Below, one piece after another: positions 1 to 13,739 of a stretch of 51,728 nt of DNA (its first letter is position 1; each line of letters starts with the position of its first letter). This DNA comes from Vicugna vicugna. Its lineage: Eukaryota. The notes beneath the pieces were generated by a model. That model did not search any database, was not told where the DNA came from, and was given only the letters and a program-made list of their open reading frames with translations. The stretch spans positions 1 to 51,728 of the forward strand of contig MU057454.1 in NCBI GenBank assembly GCA_013265495.1, given 5' to 3'. The position numbers and the translations under genes are program-made.

Positions 1-569
1 AAAGAGAGGGCTCCAGTGATGGTGACTTATTCAATTCCAAAACCATGGCTGGGGAAAGGCACATGCAGCAACTAGAGCAGCATCAGCTGTAGGAAGGCGA
101 AAAGAGCTCACAGGAGGGCTCAGGGGGTCAGCCTCATTTACTTTCAATCGATAAAACAATAAACACACTCTAAAAATACTACCATACAATGGATTTGCTC
201 TTTCTTGACATCTAGCAATTTTCCACAGCCCACATGTAACATTATCGTGAACCAGTGAAAGGAAGAGTCTACAGACAGGGAAAATCAATGCCACAGGCAG
301 GCTGAAACCCAGGCTGGAGTTTAGGAAGAGTAAGGGCGTAGTTAAGAAATGGGGAAAGGCTGGGAAAAAAAATCATCACAATGACTCTCAAGCATCATCC
401 AACAATCATATAATCATTCATTCAGGAGAGAGTTCCTGAGGTCGTATTCTGTGCTAGATTGGACAGCGGGCTAAGCAAGAGCGCAGCGTCCATGGTGGCA
501 GCAAGTTGCGGGGCTCAAATACACTTCTGATCCCTGTACCTTGCACAATTTTCTTCAGTATAAAGGCAA

Positions 570-900
570 AGAAAAAAAAAGTAAAATAATACTCTGTAAA
601 CTCAAAGCATTGTTGAAAAAAAAGTTAAAGAAGACCTAAATACCAGGACAGACACTCCACCCACATTCCTCTATCAAAAGACAGTACTCTTGGAATGGCA
701 GTGCTCCCCAGAGCGATCCGTATATTCAACGTGGTCTCGATCACAATCCCAGCGGGCTCCTCTGCAGAAACTGATGAGCTGCTGCTCCAATTCATATGGG
801 AATTCGAGGATCTCAGTAACAAAAACGTACTTGAAAAAGAAGAACAATTTGAGAGGACTTGTAATTCTCAATTTCAAACCTTACAACTGTATCTCCAGGT
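570..900 (+). mobile_element. Old L1 ORF2 fragment
   Basis: MAVLPRAIRIFNVVSITIPAGSSAETDELLLQFIW matches the L1 ORF2 segment MAILPKAIYRFNAIPIKIP...FFAEIDKLILKFIW. Confidence 0.88.
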
Positions 901-2299
901 GAGATTAGAGGCCATTGTGAAGTTATTACTGTGTTTATCCTTATTTACTAAATTCTCTACAATGAATATAACTGTTACAATAAGAAAAATAAAAAGTAAG
1001 TTATCCTTTAAAACATGCACACCGATTAATTCATTGGGAAAATATTATTTTATCAATAAAGAGATAAACAAATATCTAGTGAAAAAGGACAACTTAAAAA
1101 CAAGAGTGCATTTACATTTTTCATAAATTGAAAACTGAAAAGCACAAAGACGTCAAGTTTCTAGGGAGACCAATGCAACATATTAATAGTTATTTTCAGA
1201 AATTCTAATTTAACAATGAAAACTCATGAAAGGGAAAATCGTGACTGACAGCCAACTGCAAACACTTGGGGAGCAAAGGCCTAGAAATCACAGTTCCTTT
1301 AACTCTGCTACTAACTCAATAGGAGAGGAAATTCCTCACTGAGGGGAGAGTGGAATCCCATGCATAAGACAGGATACATGGTACAAACTGCACTAGAATC
1401 GGAGGTGATTTTCTTAGAAGAATTCTAAAGTTACAAAATTGCTGAAAAACTATTAAAACACTGACAGAAAGATTAAAACACACAGTCATATATATTATAT
1501 AGAAACATGTGAAGTCTGCTCCCATGTTGCATACAAATACAAACATATTTGTACATTTATAGGCACTGATTACTTTATCCCAGGTAGAAAATTTCAACTA
1601 AAACAAATAAACATTATTACACTCCTCTTGTCAAATCTAGTTGATAAGTTACTCTGCTATGTAAAAATAATGTGTCTAAGATAGATTCAAAATTAATGAA
1701 ATAATTCTTTTTATGGTTCCCTGAACTATTCTCAAAATTCAAAGCTTAATTTTAAAACAAATCTGAGCAGTAATTCTATATTACCTTTTCCCTCATGAAA
1801 TGAACAACACAGTCTGTTGTCAAAATTCTGTCCTTACAATGATTCACGAGCACCGTATCCTCACAAAACTGCTGGACAGCAAGGCACTATCCAGACACTG
1901 TGACCCAACAAATGAAACACAATGAAGACACAGTGACCCTATTCTGGAGGGCTTATAGTCTGTGTCAACACCCGGGTTTTTATTTGATTGGTTTGATTGG
2001 TTGGCAAAGTAAAATCAATCAAGTAATTTCTTCTTTGAGCATTCTGTAAGTCATGACTCTGCTGTTAGTGTCATGAGCAGGAAAGACTTAAGCATGACTT
2101 GATTAGGTCAACTAGCAACAATCATCACTGGAGAGTGTGTAATAAAGAAGTTAACTGATAGCAATGCTTCTCCCTACATGAGACCTAAAATAAATCTACA
2201 CAGATATCCGAAAGAAAAATGAGGAGATGAGGTCCCCAATGAAAAAAAAACTAACAAGAAATCAAGAAAGTAAATAGTTTTTCATTAACGATTCCTGGA

Positions 2300-2480
2300 A
2301 AGGGTGGAGCATGGTGGTAAAGAGCTCAGATGCTAGGGAAAAACATGAGGGTCTGAATTCCCACAGCACTGGGTAGCTTTGACACTGATATGTCAGTGAA
2401 ATTCTCTGCATCTCAGTCTCCGATGCATAGACTGGGGAGAAGAACAGTACTCGTCTCCTAGAACGGTCCTAAGAATTAAG
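2300..2480 (+). mobile_element. MIR SINE
   Basis: MIR core-like ggtctgaattccca...ctctgcatctcagtctc...tggggagaagaacagtac. Confidence 0.7.
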
Positions 2481-2519
2481 TTATTTTATATATACAAGTT
2501 TAAATAAAATACCTCAGAT

Positions 2520-3555
2520 ATTAAATATTACCCCAAAAGCACAAGGAAAAATGAAAACAAAGATAAATTGGAGTTCATTAAAATTTAAAACTTTGCTTCA
2601 AAGGACACCATCCAGAAAGTGAAAAAACAACACTCAGGAAAAAATTTTTTCAAATCATTTATCTGATAAGGGATTTGTATCTCAAAAAATAAAATTCTAC
2701 AGCTCAACAATAAAAAGGCAACTCAATTAAAAAGTGAATAAAAGATCTGAAAATATATTTTTCAAGGAACATATACAAATGGCCAATAAGCACAATGAAA
2801 CGATGTTGAATAACATTAGCTGTAAAGGAAATCAAGTCAAAACAACTAGGAGAAACCGCTTCACACTCACTACAATAGGTTATAATCAAAAAAAGATTAA
2901 CAAGCACTAATGAGGACACAGAAGAAGCTGAGCTCGCAGCCCTTGGTGGTGGATGTAACACAGCATGACCACTTTGGAAAACATCCGGGCACGTCTTCAG
3001 AGAGTTGAACATTTGGTTTCTGAATGATCCAGCAATTCTGCTTCCTGGGCACACAAGTAAGGGAACTGAAAACAAATGTCCACATAAAAACTCCTACAGG
3101 AATATTCACGGCGCCATTACTATTCAGAGCCAAAAAACAGAAATAACCCAAATGTCTATCACGTGATGAATGGATAAACAGTGGGGCCCAGCCATACAGT
3201 GGAATAATATTCAGCAATAGCAAAGCATAGAGTACTGACCAAGGCCACAACGTGGACAAAAATTGAAAACGTTACTCAGTATGAAAGAAGTCAGTCACAA
3301 TAGACGGTTCCACTTACATGAAGTGACTCGATTTGCGTGAAATGTTCAGCACAGGCAAATCCACAGAGAGAGAAGAGTGGCTCCCTGGGGCTGGGGGAGG
3401 ATAGGGAAGTTGATAATGTCTGCTTATGCGTATGGGGTTTCCTGTTGGGGGGATGAAAATGTTCTAAGATTGACAGGGATGCACATTTCTGGGCATAGAG
3501 TAAAATCTGCTGTACATTTTAATGGGTGAATTGTCTTAAAACTGTTAAAAAAAAA
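2520..3555 (+). mobile_element. L1M (L1MB-like) ORF2 end and 3'UTR with poly(A)
   Basis: Typical L1 3' text (ttcattaaaatttaaaac, gaacatatacaaatggccaataagcac, aacccaaatgtctatca, gatgaatggataaaca, gatgaaaatgttcta), ending in an A-run at about 3547-3555. Confidence 0.9.
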
Positions 3556-6190
3556 GCACCTCCGGCCAGTACCTTCCATAGTAAATGCAAATTGCTAACT
3601 TTTATTACAGGAAGAAGAAACTGCCCTCAGCATGAAAGCAGGAGATCAGCAAATATCAGTTAACCGAAATTGGACAAGAGCATTTCACTTGAAACTGTTG
3701 CTGAGTGTACACGAAATATTCAGACATGACAAGAAAAATCAGTTTGACATCACGAAGAAGCATTCTGCTTCAAATGCAAATCAAGGATTCGGCAAGCCCA
3801 GCTGCTACAAATGACCAGAGAAGAAACCTGGTTCTTAAAACAAGCACCAGAGCCAACAAGGAAATTGTGGTGAGGAAAGCAGGCGGCCGAAAATGTGGAA
3901 CAGTTTGCTACAAATAATTTCTCCTCTGAAAATTCAAAAATAAAATGACAGTGATGTAATGCTGTGTTGACCTCACGTGAATGGGCTTCCTATGGTGCTC
4001 GACAGTTCTGTAACCCCGAATGAGAGACTCAGGAGAATCAGCATGGCTCCTGGGAGTCCCCAAGTGACTGCCCACAAGCACGCTGACCACCATCATATCT
4101 GCCTGGGTTGAATTGCAGAGAAGAGACCAACTTCTGAAAGGCACAGGAAATATTGACAAGGGAATAAAAGGCTGCGGTCAATCCAGGGACAGAGGCCCTG
4201 AGAGCAGAGGCCAGAAGGCTGCAGGTGAACTGTAGTGGCCCTGGGGCAGGAAGGGACCACGGGGGAGCAGATCTCAATTATCTTCTCTCTCTCCCTCGGG
4301 TAGGAGAGATAAAGCCTGCATCCTTCTCACCTGGAACTGTGGGTTCTGGCTGGCAGAAGTCTTACCGACACGGAATGAATTACTAAAGACTGTGGAAAAA
4401 GGAAAGAAAGCGAGAGGGAGTAGGGAGCCAACTCCAAGAGCCTCTCAAATGCTCCCATATTTATTGTGTATAATCAAAGGAAAAAGTCATTAACAGTTGT
4501 GTGATAGTAAGCAGAAACTTGGGGAAAGACAGGATGAGACAGAGATTGTAGAATCCACCATTAGTATAAAGGCTTAGTGTATCTTTAGGAAAGTCATGGG
4601 GTGATGGGAACAAGATACATTCTTTAAACATGTTCATTACAAAGCAGACCACCAGAACAGCCAGGTCCGTGTTTTGGGGATAATAGACTAACACCACGCA
4701 GGCACAGCGTTTATAGCTCAGGGCCTGGGTCATTGCTTTGCAACCAGCAGAGTGCTATCTAAAACTTCAACTATGCAAGCAAAGTATTGTCTCTGCTTTT
4801 TAAGGCAAGGAGACAGGAATGAGGATGCACAGGCACTTGCTTACAAAGCAGTTCCTAAGCATATATTTTTCTTCTTAAAGTTGACAGGCGGCTGCGGTGT
4901 GTTACAACTTGTTAACCCAATCATTGGCTCCCACATGGAACCATTATGGAGGATATCCTAGCATGACAAATCCTGGCTCTGGGCCTTTTCCTGCCAGCTT
5001 CGGCCACTCCAGCAGGGTCTAGACACATCCCTGAGTAACGATCCCACAGGATCACCTAAACTCTTAACTCCTGGCGCTTGAACTTAATTTTAGCTCTACA
5101 CAACTTAATGTAGAAAAGTTTTAGAAATAAAAGATATTATATTCTTTTTATATCTCAACATAAGACTGATTTTTCTGATTGTTCTAATCTGCTTCTACTT
5201 GGTAAAGCACCTAATTCTGCAGGTGAATTCAGTACTTTCCTTTGGGCATAACTAGACAGTCTGGGCTGTCTGACTTCTATTGGCCAAATACCGATACACA
5301 TAATTGATTTCTTTGTTCATCAATTTCAGCCTGGAGGTGAGGGAGTGTCACTATTTTCCGCAGCCTACCCTCTACTCTTTTCTCATCAGCATCTCAGGCC
5401 TCCTGAAAACAAAACAAAGCACTTGTTTCCCTTCATCTACACTTTCTACAAAGGCAACAGGAATCATCAGCCTAGAGAATGAATTCAACACAAATGTTAA
5501 AACAAAAATCTACAAACCTGAAGCAACCCCATCTCCGAATCATGATACACAATGACATGGGAGTAAGTGTGTCAGGTACAAAGCATGCGTGAGCCTGACC
5601 ACCTCATTTCTATTCTTCAAAGGAAGGAAGGTTTTCATATTTTTTCTTATCATTCTTTGTCATTGTTTCAGATTAAGCCAAAAAATAGTTTATGAAATAA
5701 TTAAGCACTGCAATAACAGATTTTCGCTGTATCAATTATAGAAGGTATTCAGAGAGGATAGGAAAACCCACCTCTGCAAAAAATGCAAAATGTCTTCCCC
5801 TGTTAGGAACACGTACACAAAATGCAACAGAGAATTCAAATTCTTGTGGAGAGGACAAAAGCCACAGAATCAAAGCAAAGTCATTATTATGACTCAATTC
5901 AAAATTCACTGGACAAACATACTCAATGCATTCAAATAATTTGAAAGGCACACTGAAAACCATTCACTTAATGATCTGCAGCTAGAGGAAGAATTTCCCT
6001 CTTTAACAGACAACATAAATCAATAGGTTGCCCCACCAAACGAGGACCAAACTTCAGGTTTTTAACAGTTCTGATAAATCAGCATGTTCTAAAGATCAAA
6101 ATCCAGAAATTTTAAACATTCATTCACACCAGAATGAAACAAGCAGTTAAAAAAAAAAACCCAAAGAAACTAAACACATTGATCACGTAC

Positions 6191-6217
6191 CTGGATCAAT
6201 GAGAAATTCTTATACAG
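6191..6217 (-). pseudogene. TRAPPC9: TRAPPC9-like 27-nt microexon with in-frame stop
   Basis: ttcttttttccag|CTGTATAAGAATTTCTCATTGATCCAG|gtacgt. In phase 1 it reads (A)V*EFLIDP(G), against the TRAPPC9 segment GAQEVLIDPG. Order and strand are correct relative to the other two exons. Confidence 0.85.
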
Positions 6218-6553
6218 CTGGAAAAAAGAACAGGTTATAGCCTTTTACTTGAAAAATAAAACTACTTTTAAAGATAACTGCTAAAACACATAACATCATT
6301 CATGTTGCCTTGAAAAATCTGATCAGAAAAGCAATTCTGAGTATTAGTATGTTACAATTTAGTGCCAGTTTGCTTTAGAAGAAAAAAAAATACAAAGGCT
6401 ACTGTTTCTCATCCTGCACAAAGTGTAAAGTACCTCCTTGCCTCTATCTCCTCCCATTTTCTAAGCTCATGCTCCCCAACCCTTCTGAAACAATTATGAG
6501 AACCTCTTATTCCCACCAATATGCCAAATCACAAAAGAGTATCAATTTATTTG

Positions 6554-6961
6554 TGTAAAAGCTAACTCACAAATCTAAGTGTAACAAGTGTCGGATTACT
6601 GATCTGAGTTCTGCTGGGCTAACTTGTAAATCTGAGTTAATTATTGTTGGTTTGCTGATTCCCTGTTCATGTTTTTTTGCTAGCCAGCTGAATTTTCAAA
6701 GAGACATATCTGGCCTTGAAATGTTGGTTACCTGCCTCCCTGCCTCTACTTTTGTGATAATGATATTACTAAAGCTGTTCCATGCCTATTGGCCAAATAC
6801 CCCAAGCTTGTAGTTAACCCTATAAAACCTCATGCACACGTCTTGGAGGTGCTCAGAGCTTCGGAGCAGAAGCCCCTCTGAGCCCACCGGCGTAATAAAT
6901 CTGAGTACTCCAACCCTCCGAGTGTTGCTTGTTTCTTGGCTGGCCTGTCATTTCCGTAACA
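6554..6961 (+). mobile_element. Solo ERV LTR
   Basis: TGTA...TAACA termini, TATAAAA at about 6821, an R-region hairpin gctcagag...ctctgagc at about 6851-6883, AATAAA at about 6894, and flanking direct repeats. Confidence 0.8.
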
Positions 6962-7487
6962 ATAAAAGAGTATCAATTTATTTGTGTAGATATATACCTA
7001 CATCTTGAACTGGATGAGAAAGGTATCAGAAGGCTATATGGAACTTATTTCTTCATTCCTGAAATCACACACATAGAGACACAGACATATACACACTGAA
7101 TTACTGGGCACTTCACATGCTAATAACTTCCAACTTCTAGAAGATAACTTTGTAGTTAGTTTCAAATACAAAACTGTCAGCTTTTTAAAGCCTTGAACAT
7201 TGCTAAATCATCCAAATATCAATGAGACCCAATTAGCATTCTCAGTAGAATTTAATTTCCCATGATGGCAAAGCAGACCCTAAGAAGTACTGGATCCAAG
7301 ACTCGTGTTTTTCACTAGCTATGATCGTTTTTAAACACGTAAACAGATTCAGAAAGGTATATCCCTATGACATTTATTCTTATTGAAATAGCATATGTAT
7401 TCAATTGTTTATGCAGAAAATAGGTCCCATGATGGTGTTTAAGAACTATTTTGTGTATTGAAATATTTATTTTTAAGTGCAGACAAG

Positions 7488-7624
7488 GAGGGTGGGTATT
7501 ACTCCGTTGTCGAGCACCTGTTGAGCATGCACATGTTTCTGGCTTCAATCCCCAGTACCTTCATGAAAATAAATAAATACAACTGCTTATTTAAAAATAA
7601 GAATAAATTTATAAAAAAATAAAA
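7488..7624 (+). mobile_element. Camelid-type tRNA-derived SINE
   Basis: ggagggtgggtattactccgttgtcgagcacctgttgagcatgcac...ggcttcaatccccagtacct, followed by an A-rich tail. Confidence 0.8.
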
Positions 7625-9014
7625 GCAGACTAAAAACCACTGCAATCTAGGAGCCACAATTATAATAAATACAAGTGTTTCTATCAAATATTGACTATAT
7701 GCCAATCACAGAGACAACCACAAATCACACCTGATCACCATCACGTGTGATTCTCAGCAACCCTACTAAGTAGACACGGATGAGAAACCCGGCACTGAGG
7801 ATAAGGAGACGGAGCTCGGAGGAGCCGGGGACGCTGACCCTCCTGCTCCCTATGACACCGCGTCAGCCCAGGGCAAGCGCTGACAGAGCTGCACTGAGGG
7901 GACACCCAGCTGCATGGAACCTTGGGGGACTGGGGAGTCCCAGAAAACACTCAAAAGTGTTCAGTGAAAAACCAGCTCAAATATATTACACTGTGCCACA
8001 TCCACTAAACACGGAACATGAGTGAGACCTTTTTGATGCCTCCGTGTCCTTTCTGCCATCATCAATTATTTGCCCTCTCAGCGCGACCAATCATGAACTG
8101 GACCCCATACGAAGTGCACTCAGATGTCAGAGCTTTTAAAGCTGTTTTATGACGTTTGTAAGACTCTGTCTATTCCTCACACAGGCGGTCATCCATCACT
8201 TTTCACCGGTGCGGATGTACCACCTGAAATCACACCTTTCTGCTTTTTAAAATCCCTTCATGTAATACAGACTTTTAAACAGCAAAGAAGCAGCTCAAAC
8301 ACAGAGAGTGGACAGCTTTTCACCAAATGGACGCGAACAGCCCATCGGACTACCTGGAAGCCCTTTTCTTGTATTAAACACACTTCCAGGTACTTCATCA
8401 TTTTCTGATTGGTGGACTTGGCCTCTGACTGCCCTACTCAGAGAGCTCCCAGCCTCACATCCGGGGGTGGGAGAGGACCCTGCTTTTGGGGGTAATCAGT
8501 GAGGAAGGCGGACATGCTCCAGCCAGGTCTGCATAGGTAGAAAGACCACAACGTGCTCAGAAATTATACCGTCAGCACCCCTGGGCTCCCATGGACTGGT
8601 TTCACATTAACCAAACTTATGACACGCTGATGCAAGAAAACCAGAAATTTAATTTATTAATGTAACAGGAGATGTGAAACTACAAACCAGACTGCAATAT
8701 CAGAGTTCAATCATGAGTATATGTTCTCCTCAATGGCCCAATCTCGGGCAGGCAGTCACATGGCAATCGAGGACAGAAGCAGAGCAGGAAGGGATTCTAG
8801 ATTAACTCAATGGAATATATTTCTGTTATAAGAAGAGATCTGCTGCCCAGAAGACAATTAATGCCAATCACGGTGCACTCTCCATGGACAGTGGGTGAGA
8901 CACGAGTGTGAGCATCTGTATAACTCTCCTTTCCCTGTCCTTTCTGGTTTAACTGATGCACAGAGGTACAGAGGTCCAGGGATGCAGATACCTCTTAAAC
9001 ACACAAAGCCCATC

Positions 9015-9200
9015 CCTGGGAGCCTGGAAACCAGACAGCCAGTGTTTAAATCCGAGCTCTGCCACTTACTAGATTTCCACACTGTAAACCTGGGATAACA
9101 ATCAAATTTTTCTTACTCACTTGTTGTGAAGATTGAAGGATTCATTTCTGTAAAACTCTCAGAAAAGAATGTAGCACATATTTGGTGCCCAACAAATGTC
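9015..9200 (+). mobile_element. MIR SINE
   Basis: ccagacagcc...tttaaatccgagctctgccacttactag...ttgttgtgaagattgaa...gcacata...caacaaatg. Confidence 0.8.
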
Positions 9201-10585
9201 AATCTAATAAGAAAGTGATTTACAAGTCTCCCATCTAATCATCTTCTGTGTTTCATGGCTAGTCTGAGTCCCAAAGGAAATCCTTATTTCCCCTCTTATA
9301 AACTCTTGGGGAGCACCCTTCTGTTCCATCCCACCACCTGTTTAAACTGAGGGAGGGGATGCCTCCTCCCCACTCCTCTGGTCCATGGGAGACTGCTTCT
9401 CCCTTCACACCCCTGGCCCCTGGCACACGGCTAGACCTCCTCACACTAACAGATTGAGGTGTGAGTCCGGGGAGACAAGCAGGGCATATGAAACCTTTCC
9501 TTTCCCTCCAGTGTTGGCCACCCTTAGGAAGCACCCGGGATGCTCAGCTCCATGGCAAGACAGTCCTGTGCATTATGGGTCAGATCCTCTCAAGGGAAGG
9601 CTCGCTGTGGCCCAGAGTTACCTGGGACTGCGTGAGTCTCTAATTCTTGGACATAGTGTCATGACACCCACTCTCCCACAGCCCTGAATTTCATGAAGAA
9701 CGTGGCATCATCAGTAATAAAGGAGACATTTATCGCCTGCCTACTCTTTTGTGTCATCTCTCAGTTGGCTGCTGGACACAACATGTGTATAAGTATTGGG
9801 TCCCCTTAAGCCCAACATATATGAAGTAACAAAAAACTCTGTGGCTTAACATTGGTTCAGGGCAACTGTGTAACGGTCCTGACTCTGCTGATGCTAAATT
9901 ATGTGTATAGGAACTATGGAACTTCCTCAAATATCTTTCATCATAAAACCAGCTTTCCTTATTTTCCTGTTTCTCAGTAATTGCCAATGACTATCAAATG
10001 ATGGCTTCACACCAAACAGCAGTTAAGTTTATGAGCCCTCTTGACATACACACTGTGCTAAACACTTTACATAATTTCTAATTCTCACAATTCTACAAAG
10101 CAGAAATGAGTGTCCCCATCTCATAGACGAGGGGAAAACTTAGAACGAACTGACTCAGGATCACGTAGCTCAGTGGCAGCGCGTGCACGCAAACCCAAGT
10201 CAAAACACTACACCCCTTCATATATGTACCAAATCTCCTACCACCCATTGACACACAGTGGTGGGGATAATATTTAGGGAACTCAGTACACTTTTCAGCT
10301 TTAAGGTGCTCCAGAGACAGCTTCTAGCTCTTTTATAAAATCCCGGCTCACTGGTTTCTAACACTGGAAGAAAAGTCCTATGTTGCCACTGTTTGCGCAG
10401 GAAGTCTGAAATGTTCACAGCGAGATGATAGAATAAAACTATGATATAAGCAGAATAATATTTCCAGGTAGTCAGACATAATGGACGTTGTGCTATCCTG
10501 AAGCTCTAAGCAAAGGTATCAAAACAAAATAACGTTGTTTAAGCCTTCTTTTACAAACAGGAATATTAAGACTGTAAGAAGGTGC

Positions 10586-10604
10586 AACAGCGCCACCTAT
10601 GGCT
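10586..10604 (-). promoter_or_regulatory. Candidate CTCF site
   Basis: The minus strand reads AGCCATAGGTGGCGCTGTT. The 3' core (TAGGTGGCGCTG) fits the CTCF consensus; the 5' part mismatches. Confidence 0.35.
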
Positions 10605-12598
10605 AAAAAGACCTTCCAGGTTGCTGGGAAAGATGCAACACAAAAATTGCCTGTGGATCAGAAACAATAATCAGATAACTAAAAGCTTATGTAGCACATA
10701 CTGTACTTAGCTTCAGAAATGGCAGGGGTATGCAGTATTTAATCTGATATTGCTAATACTCCTGAATATATACAAAAGACACAGGCTCATGGAAACTCAT
10801 CTTTGAAGAGGAAAGAATCCAGTCCAGCCACTTCATTTTACAGGAGGGGAGACTGAGACCTGGGATCTGTCCTCCTGGCAATCGGCAGCAAACCTCTCCT
10901 AGTCCTCATATCTTGCACTGTAGCAAAAATCAACAGACCTGTACTAGGCCTATATTCATAAAAGTCACGTCTGTATTTTTCCAACAGTAGGTTATCTAAG
11001 TATCTTGCAAAATGCTTCTCAAAGAGCCAGGAAATCATACAAGTGTATTGAAATACAAAAACATTTATGTACATAATAAAACAGCATGAGCTTTTTTCTA
11101 TTAAAAAAACTGATATGTCAAATCAATGTTTTGATATTTTAAAACCAATTAAGAGTGCAGAAAAATAAATCAAAATTTTCTTTAATCACAAAAGAGAGAA
11201 GCTTATTCCCTGAAAATGATCAATGTGGATTTTTCTAAACTTAATGCTTCTGGTCAGATTCCTATGAATTTAAATGTCTGAGTGGATAGTTACACGGCAA
11301 CATGAATACTGAGTTTTAACAATACACATTCTGTGTAAATAATCTTCAAGGTCGTCTGCTTAAGTCAATTTAACTAGTCCCAGTCTCAATAGAATGATAC
11401 AGATTTCATTAAAACTTCATACTGCACGCATACACACACACAAAATCCCTGAATCCTTGTTACTTTAAGCCATATTCATATATATCCATATTGAATATGC
11501 ATCAGAAACAAGCCACCCTCTTTAGTATTCACAGTTGATCCTTCTAAACTATCTGTCATTGTGACAGCACATTTTTACTAAGCAGCTCTTGGATGCTTTG
11601 TATACAAGGCGTCTACCTCTCACAGTCAGACACGGTAAACGGCATCACTCAAATTTCACAAATGAGGAAATATACTTAAGCCATGAAAACAACTTACATA
11701 TTTATCATCAGGAGAGAAAAGAATAAAGATTTTACTTTCAATATTCACTGACAAACTTTTCCTCCATACTAAGACTACATAAAACAAATTCAGTCATTGT
11801 AAATTATTCTGTCAATAAGCACCACTAGAGAAAAACAAGCAACATCATTAACAATGGTTGGACTTTCAAAGCCAACTCCTATATTGCACTATAATCATTT
11901 TAAAGTTTTGTTTTTACTGCTTAAATAGCACTAAAATAAAGAAAACATAAACTATTTAAGTCATTACCTGAGAATGCAACATTTGTGAAAATATACAATT
12001 TTAATTTATGCCACTCTGTCTCACATTCTCACTGGTGTCTCTCCTTTGAAGGCCTCATCAGGCTGAGATCGCCAAAATTGGTCATTTATGGACTCACAGG
12101 AGTTCGGGAAACCACTCAACGGGAGGCTGATCAGAGGAGAAATTGAGAATGCATCCTGTGCAGCCTGGGTTCCAGCACCGAGCTAGGCACCGCCAGCTGC
12201 GTTTGATTTGGGACAAGCTGCCCATCTCTCAATCCCTCAGCTGCAAAATAGGAGACACTGATACCTACCGTCAAACACCTGCTTTGAAGTAAAACATGAG
12301 AAAAACATTTTAGCCTTTGGTAGGTGTCCACTCACAGCAAGCTTGGTCATTATGATGTTGAGGATTACTTTTAATAAGTTAAGCCAGACCAAAAATTAGA
12401 AATCACCATAAAGGAGAAACATTTTAACTCAATGAGCATTTCCTTTTGAATGGATTGAAGAAAGTACTATTGATTTTTTTAATAAACAAAATTTTGTCCA
12501 TTAATTATAGATTTACAGGTTCATGGACAAGTCTCCAGAAAAAGAATTAGAGGCCTCTAACCTCTGAATACTAAGAAAGTAACGTTTAAAAAAATTAC

Positions 12599-12700
12599 GG
12601 GGGAGAGTACACCTTACTTAAGAGAGTATGTGCTCAGCATGCATGAGGCCCTAAGTTCAGTCCCCAGTAACTCCATTTAAAACCTTTTTTTAAAAAAAAT
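12599..12700 (+). mobile_element. Camelid-type tRNA-derived SINE
   Basis: gggggagagtacac...gtatgtgctcagcatgcatgaggccctaagttcagtccccagtaactcc, followed by an A-rich tail. Confidence 0.8.
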
Positions 12701-13505
12701 GGAGAATTAAAGCAAAAAGATGGAGGAATACAGAATTTTTTTAGAGACTCAACTCAGATTTAAGATGGGGAATAAATATCCATTTCTCACAGGAAATCTT
12801 GAGAACTATGTAAACCGGATCTGAGTTGTCTAGTCTTTAACATTATTCATGAATTCATATTACCAAGTCTTAAAACTACCTGATAACCCACAGTGGTGAT
12901 AGTGATCATAAAACCTGCCAATGCGGATCGAACTCCGGCTAGGACTGCTCTGTTCTGACATCTCTGCCCCTGAGGCCTCACCAGGCTGAGAGCACTAAAT
13001 TTTGTCATTCATGAGCATCTCGTGTAAGTCTTCCATTTGTGCTTCTCAGTCTCCTCTCACCAGCCCCTCTGAGGGAAGCACTGTTATCATCTTCCCCACC
13101 CGCAGATAAGGCCACTGAGGCACAGAAACTAAACCTGCTCCAGGTCACATCGGCATTAAAGGACGTCTGTATTTCTGCTGTTTTGCGATTGACAAAGGAA
13201 TCTGAGATATCAATTCAAGACAGACTGTTAAATAATTAAGTCTGTCAGGTCTTTAACTCAAAGAGCAGATACTATAAATTCCTGATGTAGGATGAGGCTG
13301 CCGCCTCAAAATGACTAAGCTAGAAATTAATATCCAAGATGAAGCAGTGGATACAGGTAAATATTCACGACTTTCAACTCCACTCATGGGTCTGGGCCCT
13401 TCACTGCCTGAACGGGGGTGAAATCCCCACCCGTGTCTGGGAGGGAAGCGCAGCTCTTCGAGATCTCACCCAGGCTTCATGGGCTGTTTCCCCCAACAGA
13501 CTGTC

Positions 13506-13642
13506 NNNNNNNNNNNNNNNNNNNNNNNNNNNNNNNNNNNNNNNNNNNNNNNNNNNNNNNNNNNNNNNNNNNNNNNNNNNNNNNNNNNNNNNNNNNNNNN
13601 NNNNNNNNNNNNNNNNNNNNNNNNNNNNNNNNNNNNNNNNNN
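13506..13642. other. Assembly gap
   Basis: Run of N. Confidence 1.
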
Positions 13643-13739
13643 CCTCTCACACGAGTAGAATGGCCTCAGCACAAGATGACTCTTCACAATGCAGGATGAG
13701 AACAAAATAAAGCCGCCCCAACAGCAGGCACTCCCAGAC

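Noticed and set aside
695..1126. 143-aa ORF with an apparent donor CAG|GTGAG at about 898
   Set aside because: It is a decayed L1 ORF2 fragment, not a host exon.
10380..10475. Possible remnant of the missing TRAPPC9 exon
   Set aside because: Only short word matches with the wrong spacing, and no convincing translation.
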